From NCBI GenBank assembly GCA_965207455.1, contig CBDBMJ010000001.1:1408001-1472000 (forward strand): DNA of 64,000 bases. Reading direction: 5' to 3'. Below the pieces are notes generated by a model. It searched no databases, was not told the origin of the DNA, and was given only the letters and a program-made list of their open reading frames with translations. The stretch comes from Bdellovibrionota bacterium. GTDB taxonomy: Bacteria > Bdellovibrionota > UBA1018 > CAIPTA01 > JAALKR01. Of the stretch, positions 42,143-52,112 are shown piece after piece. The first letter of the stretch is position 1; every line of letters starts with the position of its first letter. The position numbers and the translations under genes are program-made.

Positions 42143-42739
42143 ATGGAAACAATACCTCCAAGCGCTATCCAAAAACGGATTACCGATCAGGTGGAGGAGT
42201 CTATCCGTGTACAAAGGGATTTTTTTAAAAAAGAGAGTTCCCGACTAGCACAGGTAGCTGAAAAAATGTCCACCACCATCGCTTCGGGCAATAAAATACT
42301 GATCTGTGGAAATGGGGGATCGGCTGCCGACTCTCAGCATTTTGCTGGCGAAATGGTGGGGCGGTTCCTCTCCGAAAGAAGGGCCCTGCCTGCCATAGCC
42401 CTAACCACAGATACATCCATACTCACTGCCATAGGCAACGATTATGGCTACGAGGAGGTGTTTTCCCGACAGGTCGAGGGTCTGGGTAGGTCCGGCGATC
42501 TGCTCTTTGCCATCTCCACCAGTGGCAACTCTCCCAACGTTCTGCGGGCCGTGGAGGCAGCAAAAGGGCTCGACATACCAATAGTGGCACTTACGGGTCA
42601 AGATGGGGGAGAGCTGGGTAAACTGGCAGATATTCATTTAAATGTAGCTCTGGGGAAAAATTCTCCTAGAATTCAGGAAACTCATATTATGATTATTCAT
42701 ATACTGGTGGATTTGTTGGATACGTATTTCCATAAATAA
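42143..42739 (+). CDS. gmhA: Sedoheptulose-7-phosphate isomerase
   Basis: CGNGGSAADSQH, ISTSGNS and RIQETH. Confidence 0.95.
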   Translation: METIPPSAIQKRITDQVEESIRVQRDFFKKESSRLAQVAEKMSTTIASGNKILICGNGGSAADSQHFAGEMVGRFLSERRALPAIALTTDTSILTAIGNDYGYEEVFSRQVEGLGRSGDLLFAISTSGNSPNVLRAVEAAKGLDIPIVALTGQDGGELGKLADIHLNVALGKNSPRIQETHIMIIHILVDLLDTYFHK

Positions 42740-42740
42740 A

Positions 42741-43208
42741 ATGAAAGAAATGAAAACAAATGAAAGTTTAGAGAAAATAAAGGAAGCCTTTAAGGATGCT
42801 TTGGGCCCTCCCTTATTTCTCAATCGTATTGTGGGAAAATCCATAGACTTGGTGATTGCGATTGCTCTGTCTTCAGCAATCTATCCTGCTGGTCACCTCG
42901 CTGCTTTTTTATATATTTTAATTGCCGACGGTCTCAAAGGACAAAGTATTGGGAAAAAAATAGTACGAATCTATGTAATTAACACGGCAACAGATAAGAA
43001 AACACGTTTTCGTGAATCAATCTTACGCAACTCGCCTATCGCTTTAGTGTTATTATTCTTGTTAATTCCTCCTATCGGGTGGATACTATTATTTATAATA
43101 GGTTTACCTGTCATCGCTATGGAAATTTATCTTATGAAAACTGTGGAAAAGCAGCTTCGATTAGGAGATACTATAGCTGATACTAGGGTGTTGGAACTGA
43201 ATGACTGA
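42741..43208 (+). CDS. RDD family membrane protein
   Basis: RIVGKSID, GQSIGKK and RLGDTIADTRV. Confidence 0.85.
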   Translation: MKEMKTNESLEKIKEAFKDALGPPLFLNRIVGKSIDLVIAIALSSAIYPAGHLAAFLYILIADGLKGQSIGKKIVRIYVINTATDKKTRFRESILRNSPIALVLLFLLIPPIGWILLFIIGLPVIAMEIYLMKTVEKQLRLGDTIADTRVLELND

Positions 43209-43241
43209 AAGGTCGCAAAGCTTCAAGGAAGGGGCAATAAT

Positions 43242-43574
43242 ATGAGTAACGCAAAATCTGGACCATGGAACGCAGAAACAATCCGTCAATCGAGGAAAAC
43301 CCGAGGGTTGACACAAGCCGAGCTAGCAGAGGCTCTCGGTTGTCGACAACAAACAATCAGTGAATGGGAGTTGGGTATGTACGAACCCAAGAACGCTTAT
43401 CAAAAGCTGTTATCCTTATTCTTCGGATCCACACCCGTGGTGAAAGAGGAAGTTCCTGCCGCATCAAAGGGCTGGGACTCCGTAGAGACCGTAACGCAAA
43501 CGCCAGCAGAAAAAGATTCGACTTCTATCGGCATAGAAACTGAATTTAATGCTGAACGCCCAGCATCAGAATAA
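43242..43574 (+). CDS. XRE-family HTH protein with an acidic low-complexity tail
   Basis: GLTQAELAEALGCRQQTISEWELG. Confidence 0.85.
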   Translation: MSNAKSGPWNAETIRQSRKTRGLTQAELAEALGCRQQTISEWELGMYEPKNAYQKLLSLFFGSTPVVKEEVPAASKGWDSVETVTQTPAEKDSTSIGIETEFNAERPASE

Positions 43575-43617
43575 TAAAGTACTAGAGCTTCGCCGCGCTT
43601 TGTATTAGTTCCATAGT

Positions 43618-46344
43618 ATGGAAACAAAGCGTAGCGTGTTCTGTATTGTAGATGCCAGCTCGTTCATTTTTCGAGCGTACTATGCAATACGACAACTAAA
43701 TACGAGCAAAGGCCTCCCTACCAATGCAATCATGGGTTTTGCCAATATGGTTGTAAAGGTATTGGAGGACCTTTCTCCCAATTATCTTGCCATCGTCTAC
43801 GACACAAAATTTCCATCCTTTCGTAAGGAACTCTATCCTCTCTATAAGGCGAACCGTTCTGCTATGCCGGAAGATTTGGTGCCTCAGATACCATTCATAA
43901 AAAAATTTGTGGAATGTATGGGTCTTCCTCATTTTGAAAAAAAAGGATTCGAGGCCGACGATATTATTGCCACCCTTGTGGAGTTCAGTCAGAAAAAAAA
44001 GCAAGATCAGTTTATTTATATTGTCTCCAGCGACAAAGATCTTATGCAACTTGTGGATAATAAAACCCACCTCATGGACACCATGAAAAATAAAGTACTG
44101 GGCCCCAAGGAAGTAAAAGAAAAGATGGGCCTGCCCCCTGAAAAAATTAAGGACTACTTGGGGCTTGTGGGAGATGCGAGCGACAATATCCCTGGCGTCA
44201 AGGGTATTGGTCCCAAGTCAGCGGCCATTTTGTTGGAAAAATTCCATAATATACAGGGAATTTACGACAACCTAGAGACCTTGCCAGCCAATAAGCAGCG
44301 AGAAAATTTAAAAAATCATAGAGACAATGCCTTTCTCTCCAGAGAGTTGGCAACTCTCATCTACGATGTGGACTTGGAATATAGCTGGAAATCTCTAGAG
44401 TGTTCTCCAAGGGCAGGCACTGAGCTTATGGGTCTTTTGGAGGAGTTGGAATTGAGGGCTCTAGCGAGTCGCTTAGAGAAATGGCAGCCCAATAAAAAAT
44501 CCAATGGCTCCCAAAAAGATACAGCAAAAGATAGACCCCAATACACATGCATACAGTCCACAGGGGAACTTAAAAAGGTTTTTAAAGAATTAAAAAATAC
44601 AACAGAGATAGCATTGGATACGGAAACCACTCACCTGCACCACAAGAAGGCTCAACTCGTGGGCTTTTCTTTCTCTGCTGGAAACAATAAGGCTTGGTAT
44701 GTGCCCCTTATCCACGAAACGAAAGAAAAACAATGCCACCAAGGGGAGGCCATCAAAGAATTAAAGGGGTTTCTCCGTGGAAAGAAGCTCATTGGTCAAA
44801 ATATTAAGTTCGACAGGAACATATTGAGAAAGTATGACGTGATCATCGAGGAAAAGGATATTGCCTTTGATACGATGCTTGCCTCTTATGTGATCGATCC
44901 CAGTGCCCGACACAATATGGATTCCCTAGCCCTACGCTACCTCAACCATAAAACCATAGAATATAGCGACATCTGTGGCACAGGAAAAAAAGAAATCACC
45001 TTCGACAAGGTGGAGTTAGACAAAGCCACTGAATATGCTGCTGAAGATGCTCTCGTTACTTGGAGGCTTTATGAAAAGCTTTCTCCTCTTTTAGAAAAAG
45101 AAAAGGATTTAAAAAAAATATTCTACACTATTGAGTTGCCTCTCATACCCGTACTTGCCGATATGGAGTGGGAAGGAATTGCCGTGGACACAGGCCACTT
45201 ACAGAAACTCTCGAAACAATTCACCAAGGAGCTTGCCCAGTTGGAGGCCCATGCCCACGAATTAGCAGGAGAGGAATTTAACCTAGCTAGTTCCAAGCAG
45301 TTACAAGAAATACTCTTCACAAAACTAAAGCTCCCCTCCATAAAGAAAAACAAAACAGGATTTTCCACCAACGTGGATGTGCTTTCGAAGCTAACTCACT
45401 ACCATGAGTTACCGTCGGTTATACTGAGTTATCGAGAAATTGCTAAATTGAAGAACACATACGTGGACGTAATTCCGGGCTTGGCTGAGGAAACGGGTCG
45501 CGTGCATACAAGTTTTAATCAAACAGTCGCTGCCACAGGACGACTATCCAGTTCCAACCCCAACATGCAAAACATTCCCATACGAACAAAAATAGGCAAA
45601 GAGATACGAAAAGCGTTTGTGGCTCCTGAAGGTTCCGTTCTCTTAGGCGCGGATTATAGTCAAATTGAATTAAGAGTTTTAGCTAGCCTTAGCCAAGATT
45701 CTGTCCTTATAGAAACGTTTAAAAATGGAGAAGATATCCATTTAAATACTGCTGCTAAAATTTTCCAAGTAAGCCTTAAAAAAGTAACGGAAGATCAACG
45801 AAGAAAAGCCAAGGCCATTAATTTTGGTATTCTCTACGGCAAAACCGCCTTTAGCCTAGCCGAAGAATTGGGCACCACCCGAGCTGAGGCCACTGAAATT
45901 ATTGAAGACTATTTTGAGCAATACCCCACTGTGGAAAAATTTTTAGCAAGTCTGGTAAAAAATGCTCAAACCAAGGGCTATTCCCAAACCCTATATGGAC
46001 GAAAAAGAACGATTCAGGGAATTGAGTCCAAAAATAAAATGGTGCAAAACATGGCTAACCGTATGGCTGTCAATACTCCCATACAAGGCACTGCCGCTGA
46101 TCTAATCAAAGTTGCCATGACAAAACTCGCAAATATCTTAAAATCCAAAAAATATAAAGCTCGACTCATCCTCCAAGTGCACGACGAGCTAGTACTGGAA
46201 GTGCCCAAAAACGAAATAGAAGAAATAACCAAGCTAGTACAGAATCAAATGGAAATGGTGGGCACGCTCCCCTCCTTCCCAAAAGTCCAAGTGCCCCTAA
46301 CGGTAAGTATAGGCACAGGAAAAAACTGGCTTGAGCTAAAATAG
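43618..46344 (+). CDS. polA: DNA polymerase I
   Basis: 5'-3' exonuclease (FRAYYA, GDASDNIPGV), 3'-5' exonuclease (DTET, YAAED), and ADYSQIELR, QVHDEL. Confidence 0.97.
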   Translation: METKRSVFCIVDASSFIFRAYYAIRQLNTSKGLPTNAIMGFANMVVKVLEDLSPNYLAIVYDTKFPSFRKELYPLYKANRSAMPEDLVPQIPFIKKFVECMGLPHFEKKGFEADDIIATLVEFSQKKKQDQFIYIVSSDKDLMQLVDNKTHLMDTMKNKVLGPKEVKEKMGLPPEKIKDYLGLVGDASDNIPGVKGIGPKSAAILLEKFHNIQGIYDNLETLPANKQRENLKNHRDNAFLSRELATLIYDVDLEYSWKSLECSPRAGTELMGLLEELELRALASRLEKWQPNKKSNGSQKDTAKDRPQYTCIQSTGELKKVFKELKNTTEIALDTETTHLHHKKAQLVGFSFSAGNNKAWYVPLIHETKEKQCHQGEAIKELKGFLRGKKLIGQNIKFDRNILRKYDVIIEEKDIAFDTMLASYVIDPSARHNMDSLALRYLNHKTIEYSDICGTGKKEITFDKVELDKATEYAAEDALVTWRLYEKLSPLLEKEKDLKKIFYTIELPLIPVLADMEWEGIAVDTGHLQKLSKQFTKELAQLEAHAHELAGEEFNLASSKQLQEILFTKLKLPSIKKNKTGFSTNVDVLSKLTHYHELPSVILSYREIAKLKNTYVDVIPGLAEETGRVHTSFNQTVAATGRLSSSNPNMQNIPIRTKIGKEIRKAFVAPEGSVLLGADYSQIELRVLASLSQDSVLIETFKNGEDIHLNTAAKIFQVSLKKVTEDQRRKAKAINFGILYGKTAFSLAEELGTTRAEATEIIEDYFEQYPTVEKFLASLVKNAQTKGYSQTLYGRKRTIQGIESKNKMVQNMANRMAVNTPIQGTAADLIKVAMTKLANILKSKKYKARLILQVHDELVLEVPKNEIEEITKLVQNQMEMVGTLPSFPKVQVPLTVSIGTGKNWLELK

Positions 46345-46418
46345 CCCTTTCACTTTCCCACCTTATCCTTTACTATAAACCGTGAAGGGATACACATTAT
46401 GAAGGGCGAATCTATACT

Positions 46419-46889
46419 ATGAAAGGCGAAGCTAGAGTAATTGCAGTTCTCAATGAAATTCTCACGGGTGAACTCACCGCTATTAGTCAATACTTTCTCC
46501 ACGCACGAATGTGCAAAGATTGGGGCTACTCGCAAATAGCAAAAAAAGTATACGAAGAGTCCATTGATGAAATGAGGCACGCCCAATCTCTTATCGATCG
46601 CATTCTATTCTTAGAGGGACTCCCTAACATACAAAACCTTGGATCTATAAGTATAGGAGAAACTGTGCACAAGCAGTTGAAAGCTGACCTTGCCCTAGAA
46701 ATGGACGCCATCCCCAAGCTTCGTAAAGGAATAGAGTTGTGCTACGACGCAAAAGACCATGTTTCCCGAAAGCTATTGGAAAAAATACTTTCTGACGAAG
46801 AAACTCACACGGATTGGATCGAATCTCAACTCCATATGATCAAAGAAATTAGCATAGAAAATTACCTCGCAGAACAAATGAAAGAGTAA
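46419..46889 (+). CDS. bfr: Bacterioferritin
   Basis: ELTAISQYFLH, ESIDEMRHA, RILFLEGLPN and EETHTDW. Confidence 0.95.
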   Translation: MKGEARVIAVLNEILTGELTAISQYFLHARMCKDWGYSQIAKKVYEESIDEMRHAQSLIDRILFLEGLPNIQNLGSISIGETVHKQLKADLALEMDAIPKLRKGIELCYDAKDHVSRKLLEKILSDEETHTDWIESQLHMIKEISIENYLAEQMKE

Positions 46890-46902
46890 AAATAGGGTCT
46901 TG

Positions 46903-48345
46903 TTATAACGAAACAAAAGGAATAGCATTTCCTATCTTGCCTTCCTCATCTCCATAATTTATTGTATTGCCCAAACCCAATTGACCGCTAGAATTATTAC
47001 CCCAACACTTCACCCTTCTATTGCTAAAAGAAGCACAGGTATGCCCGGAACCATTATTACCTCCAGAACTAATAGACCTTATTGCATAGAGAACACCACC
47101 TGATCCCAGCAAACGAGCATATGGAAGATTGTCAGCCATTTCATTAGCATCATCACCACGAGAATTCGTATCTCCCAGCCCCAATTCTCCATTACCGTTG
47201 TCGCCCCAACACTTAACAAGGTCGCTATAAGAAACTGCACAGACGTGCCGAAATCCTAAACTTAATTCCTTTGTAAGAAGCAAACCTGATGATCCTTCGA
47301 GTCCTAAGTGAACAAATCGAAGGTAATTTCCCATTTCATTGACTCCGTCACCACGGGAATCCACATCTCCCTGCCCTAGCTGCCCATAATAATTGATACC
47401 CCAACACTTCACTCCTCCGACCTCAATCAATGCACAAGTAAAACTGGAACCAGAAAAAATACCTGCTACCTTAAACTTTGTGCCAGAAGCATTAGTTCCT
47501 AGACTAATAAAATCAAGGTTATCTCCCATTTCATTGGATCCATCGCCACGAGAATCCGTATCTCCTTGCCCCAGTTGCCCATAATTGTTGGACCCCCAGC
47601 ATTTTGCTTTTCCATTCTCAAACAATGCGCAGGTATGGTAAGATCCGGCAGAAATTGCTGTAGCAATAAGCGGCTGTTCATTTTCCATACCTAAGTCAAC
47701 AGAGGGAAGGTTGTTTCCCATTTCATTGTCTCCGTCGCCACGAGGATCCAAATCTCCCAGCCCCAACTGACCAAATCGATTATATCCCCAGCACTTCACT
47801 CTTCCATTCTCTGATAATGCGCAGACATGACTCCCTCCCACAGAAACTGCTTTAGGAATAAACGGCAATCCAGTTTCCGTACCATCTTCCGTACCTAAAT
47901 CAACAGAGGGAAGATTACTTCCCATTTCATTGGCTTCATCGCCACGAGAGCTCATATCTCCCAACCCAAGTTGTCCGTAAGTATTGTCCCCCCAGCACTT
48001 GATCTCCCCCAATTCTAAAAGAACACAAACGATTCCTCCAACAGAAATTGCCTTTACTGTGCTAGATCCAAGGTCAATAAATTGGAGATTATTTCCCATT
48101 TCATTGGCCGAAGCACCACGAGGATTCGTATCTCCCTGGCCCAGTCGTCCATCTCCATTTATTCCCCAGCACTTCACTTTTCCATTCTCAAACAATGCAC
48201 AAGAATACCCCGGACCAGCAGCTACTTCTTCAATAAGCATGTGAAAAGATTTTCCGGTATCAGTCTTGCCGCTACAATTAATCAGCAATATTAGCGATAC
48301 AATAAAAATTGATAAAAGCGTAGACTTTGTTAATAATTTATTCAT
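46903..48345 (-). CDS. 7-bladed RCC1-like repeat lipoprotein
   Basis: Lipobox-like LINC; seven C.L.....KCWG...GQLG.GD...RGD..NEMG.NL repeats. Confidence 0.87.
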   Translation of the reverse strand: MNKLLTKSTLLSIFIVSLILLINCSGKTDTGKSFHMLIEEVAAGPGYSCALFENGKVKCWGINGDGRLGQGDTNPRGASANEMGNNLQFIDLGSSTVKAISVGGIVCVLLELGEIKCWGDNTYGQLGLGDMSSRGDEANEMGSNLPSVDLGTEDGTETGLPFIPKAVSVGGSHVCALSENGRVKCWGYNRFGQLGLGDLDPRGDGDNEMGNNLPSVDLGMENEQPLIATAISAGSYHTCALFENGKAKCWGSNNYGQLGQGDTDSRGDGSNEMGDNLDFISLGTNASGTKFKVAGIFSGSSFTCALIEVGGVKCWGINYYGQLGQGDVDSRGDGVNEMGNYLRFVHLGLEGSSGLLLTKELSLGFRHVCAVSYSDLVKCWGDNGNGELGLGDTNSRGDDANEMADNLPYARLLGSGGVLYAIRSISSGGNNGSGHTCASFSNRRVKCWGNNSSGQLGLGNTINYGDEEGKIGNAIPFVSL

Positions 48346-48389
48346 AAAATTTCTTCCCTTAACTCTTTGAACTGATTCAAAAATTATAA

Positions 48390-49349
48390 CTATTTCAAAT
48401 AGGAATCAGTCCTACAGTTTTTACTAAAAATAGATGGCACACCTTCAGAACAAGTCAAAGTAAGATTTCCTGGTGTACCAGTAAAAATGCTCGATGAACT
48501 TGTCACTTGATTTATATCCCAACCAGTTACATTAAGATCAGTTAAGGCAGAAGCACCATTAAACATAGAGCTCATATATTCAACTTTAGAAGTATTAAAA
48601 TAAGATAAATCAAGCGACGTCAAACCAGAGGCACCATAAAACATAAAGCTCATGCTTGTTATTTTAGAAGTATCAAAACTAGATAAATCAAGCGACGTCA
48701 AGCCAAAAGTACCATAAAACATAAGGCTCATATTGATAACGTTAGAAGTATTAAAGCTAGATAAATCAAGCGACGTCAAACCAGAGGCATCACGAAACAT
48801 TCCAGTCATAGTTGTTATTTTAGAAGTATCAAAACCAGAAAATTCAATTTCTTCCAGACTAATTGTCGAATTAAACATGTTCTGCGCTTCTGTCACTTCC
48901 GACGTGTCTGTATCGCCTGCAACAAAGCGAATTAAATTTGAGCAACCCTGAAAAGCACTTTGCAAGCTTTTCCAACCTAGCCTACCTAAGCTCTGAACCT
49001 CTATTAGTTTATCTTTATCCCCTCCATTATAAAAAGACCATGCTGGCAAAGTTCCAGAAATTTTAATGGTGTAGTCTCCAGACTCAGCATAGGTATGAGT
49101 AATATTATGGGTTGTTACTGCTTCTGATGAGCCGTCTCCCCAGTTCACAGTAAAATTATATGTAGAGTTAGAAACTAGTGGAAGAGTCACATTTCGGTTT
49201 CCATTCCCAAATCCAATCGTACCTACTCGCCAAACTGATATAAAACTACTAGGGGTGCTTGACTCTTCGTCGCTACAGCTAATAAAGAAAGGGATGCTTA
49301 AAGAAATAAAAAGTAATAAAAACGCACGACTTAACAATAATTGTTTCAT
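48390..49349 (-). CDS. BspA/DUF285-type 25-residue-repeat surface lipoprotein with a PKD-like domain
   Basis: Start MKQLL (GGAGG RBS), FISC lipobox, VNWGDG...HTY, and repeats FDTSKITSMSFMFYGASGLTSLDLS. Confidence 0.87.
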   Translation of the reverse strand: MKQLLLSRAFLLLFISLSIPFFISCSDEESSTPSSFISVWRVGTIGFGNGNRNVTLPLVSNSTYNFTVNWGDGSSEAVTTHNITHTYAESGDYTIKISGTLPAWSFYNGGDKDKLIEVQSLGRLGWKSLQSAFQGCSNLIRFVAGDTDTSEVTEAQNMFNSTISLEEIEFSGFDTSKITTMTGMFRDASGLTSLDLSSFNTSNVINMSLMFYGTFGLTSLDLSSFDTSKITSMSFMFYGASGLTSLDLSYFNTSKVEYMSSMFNGASALTDLNVTGWDINQVTSSSSIFTGTPGNLTLTCSEGVPSIFSKNCRTDSYLK

Positions 49350-49581
49350 ATCCCCTCCATGGAGAAAGCCCAAACAATTAATCTTTGAACTAATTAACAC
49401 ACTCGAATTAAAATAATAACAGTAAAGGGCGACTTAGATCAACAGTGCTAGGGAAAAAAAACAAACTAACGCATCACAATAATTCTAAAAGTTCTTCAAC
49501 ACGCATTAAATACACGATTACTCTTGATATTTTTACTTCAATTGTGTTGACTAGAGACCACATACAAGCCTGGTTTTTTTA

Positions 49582-49671
49582 GGAGAGATGCTAGAGTGGC
49601 CGATTAGGCACGCTTGGAAAGCGTGTAGACGGGCAACCGTCTCGAGGGTTCGAATCCCTCTCTCTCCGCCA
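49582..49671 (+). tRNA. tRNA-Ser(GGA)
   Basis: Acceptor stem GGAGAGA/TCTCTCC-GCCA, anticodon arm CACGC-TTGGAAA-GCGTG, long variable arm, T-arm GAGGGTTCGAATCCCTC. Confidence 0.97.
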
Positions 49672-50350
49672 AAAACTAACGCTTCGTATCTAAAGGTGAG
49701 TATTCTCCAACAAATGCGATAGCAAGCAGGGATTCGAACACGGAGCAATGACCCGCGCTGGTTCCGAGTGAGCGAGGAACTAGTGAGGGGAAAAAAATCC
49801 TGGAAGATTTTTTAAATTGCGTAGGAGAGCCTACGCAGGGAAATCCCCTGGAAGGGATTTCGTGTAGTAGGTCGAGCCCTCTCTCTCCGCCAAAAACTAA
49901 CGCTTCGTATCTAAAGGTGAGTATTCTCCAACAAATGCGACAGCAAGCAGGGATTCGAACACGGAGCAATGACCCGCGCTGGTTCCGAGTGAGCGAGGAA
50001 TTAGTGAGGGGAAAAAAATCATTGAGGATTTTTTGAATTGCGTAGGGGAGCCTACGCAGGGAAATCCCTTGGAGGGGATTTCGTGTAGTAGGTCGAGCCC
50101 TCTCTCTCCGCCAAAAACTAACGCTTCGTATCTAAAGGTGAGTATTCTCCAACAAATGCGATAGCAAGCAGGGATTCGAACACGGAGCAATGACCCGCGC
50201 TGGTTCCGAGTGAGCGAGGGAACTAGTGAGGGGGAAAAAAATCATTGAGTCCTCTCTCTCCGCCATTTTTTGAATTGCGTAGGGGAGCCTACGCAGGGAA
50301 ATCCCTTGGAGGGGATTTCGTATAGTAGGTCGAGTCCTCTCTCTCCGCCA
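49672..50350 (+). repeat. tRNA-linked tandem repeat array: 221 + 221 + 237 bp units, each ending in the tRNA-Ser 3' end
   Basis: Units 49672-49892, 49893-50113 and 50114-50350 are near-identical. tRNA 3'-end copies at 49877-49892, 50098-50113, 50250-50265 and 50335-50350. Confidence 0.95.
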
Positions 50351-50489
50351 AAACAAGGTGCGTCGCTTTTAAAAAGAAATATAATCAAATAAACACAACA
50401 AAACCGGGAGGTTCGGAAAATTAAGTCAAATAGAATATATTTTTGTATTCTAAGCTGAAAACAGCTTACATCAGGGCAAATCAGGGCCT

Positions 50490-51422
50490 TTGATTATTTT
50501 GTATCTTTTCCCTGATCATTCAAAGCAAAATCATACGACTGGAATAGTCAGACGTTTCTTGGGTGTTATTGAATCCATCCCCGTCAATCGTGATGTTGAA
50601 GGCATTGTCGAAATGATACTAGATGCTCGACAAGAGTGTTCCAAGCCACTGACGAAAAATCGACTATTTGCTTGGCATGCAGCACTCTTTCCAACAGGTT
50701 ATTCCAACATGCGCCGCATTTCTGCTGGCTGTTGGCGCACAATTGATGCTGGACCGGTGCAGGTTGTTTCAGGATCCATAGGTCGAGAGAAGCTACACTT
50801 TGAAGCACCAAGTGCCGAGAGGCTGGAAGCAGAAATGGCCATCTTCTTGACCTGGTTTAATAAACAAAATGATATTGATCCTGTTCTCAAAACAGGCATT
50901 GCCCATCTTTGGTTTGTAACTGTTCATCCCTTTGAAGATGGTAATGGTCGCATTGCTCGAGCGATTAGCCACATGGCACTGGCACGATCGGATGGAACAT
51001 CTGATCAATTTTACAGCCTATCCAGTCAGATTGAGTCGGAACGTAAAAACTACTACAAGCAGTTAGAAAGAACCCAGCGTAGCACACCAGAAATCACAGG
51101 CTGGTTGGAATGGTTTTTGGACTACCTCGGACGAACCATATCTAGTGCCGAGAAAACACTGGGCAAGGTTCTATTCAAAGCCCAACTTTGGGAGAAGATG
51201 AATCAAACCCCCGTCAACAAAAGGCAGCGCTTTATCATCAACCGCATGTTGGAAGATGATTTTAAAGGCTATATGAACACATCCAAATATGCCAAGCTGA
51301 CCAAGTGCTCAAGCGACACAGCTTTGCGAGATATTCAGGAATTAAAGATGCATGGTACTTTCATTCAAAATCTCACTGGAGGGCGCAGCACCAGTTACCG
51401 GCTGACTGACAAGGTAACGTAA
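50490..51422 (+). pseudogene. Fic family protein (DUF4172-Fic-HTH type), probably 5'-truncated
   Basis: Intact HPFEDGNGRIARA motif and C-terminal TALRDIQEL...GGRSTSY HTH. Similarity seems to begin only near RRFLG...RDVEGIVEM; weak TTG start with no RBS. Confidence 0.6.
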
Positions 51423-51498
51423 TCACTGCTCTTAAAGCTATTTCGGTGACGTTTTTTGTGAGTTAACTCGCAATTCGTAAGGAAAATCAAAGAAATAC

Positions 51499-51527
51499 TT
51501 GACAATTTAAATAATTCAAGGCACAAT
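51499..51527 (+). promoter_or_regulatory. sigma70-like promoter TTGACA-N17-CACAAT for the hexapeptide gene array
   Basis: Consensus -35, 17-bp spacer, about 65 bp before the first ATG. Confidence 0.6.
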
Positions 51528-51592
51528 ACGATGCCTGATGAATTTTATGCGCAATGCGTCTTTATAGTGAAAACCAAGCAAGGGAGAGAAAA

Positions 51593-52042
51593 ATGAAGAA
51601 GATAAAGGTATTATTAATAATTGCTCTTACGGCTCTTTTTACATGTGGTTTTGCACTAAAACCCACAGGTGAAGACACTGGCTGCGGTCCTGGTGTGGAA
51701 ACAAAACCTCATCCCAATGGTGGTGGTGCAGTGGCAGTAACAGCTACTGTCCATGAAACTGCATATGTGGGGCAAAACGCTAAAGTTTGCGACAGTGCGG
51801 AGGTTTCTGGCAATGCAAAGATTTCTGGCTATGCGAAGGTTTCTGGCAATGCAAAGATTTCTGGCAATGCGCAGGTTTCTGACTATGCGCAGGTTTATGA
51901 CCATGCGTGGGTTTTTGGCAGCGCAAAAGTTTTTGGCGATGCGAGAGTTTTTGGCAGAGCGAAAGTTTTTAGCGCTGCGAGAATTTTTGGCAGTGCGAGA
52001 ATTTTTGGCTTTAAAGAGATATCAAGTGGCAGATATGAGTAG
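51593..52042 (+). CDS. Secreted hexapeptide-repeat (left-handed beta-helix-like) protein, paralog 1
   Basis: Signal peptide MKKIKVLLII..., HPNGGG cap, 13 [VI]x[GD]xAx-type units counted from VCDSA. Confidence 0.85.
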   Translation: MKKIKVLLIIALTALFTCGFALKPTGEDTGCGPGVETKPHPNGGGAVAVTATVHETAYVGQNAKVCDSAEVSGNAKISGYAKVSGNAKISGNAQVSDYAQVYDHAWVFGSAKVFGDARVFGRAKVFSAARIFGSARIFGFKEISSGRYE

Positions 52043-52112
52043 AAAAAGATTTGCCTAGATTCAACTGGTTAACTTGATGCAGTAAAATTAAACAAAAACA
52101 AAGGAGAAAAAA

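Noticed and set aside
49672..50350. Possible CRISPR array (short repeat recurring at regular spacing)
   Set aside because: The intervening ~205-bp segments are near-identical rather than unique spacers, the short repeat is the tRNA 3' end, and no cas genes are present.
49551..50356. Repeated minus-strand ORFs (MLRVRIPAC...)
   Set aside because: They are antisense to the tRNA and repeats, have no RBS, and are by-products of the tandem duplication.
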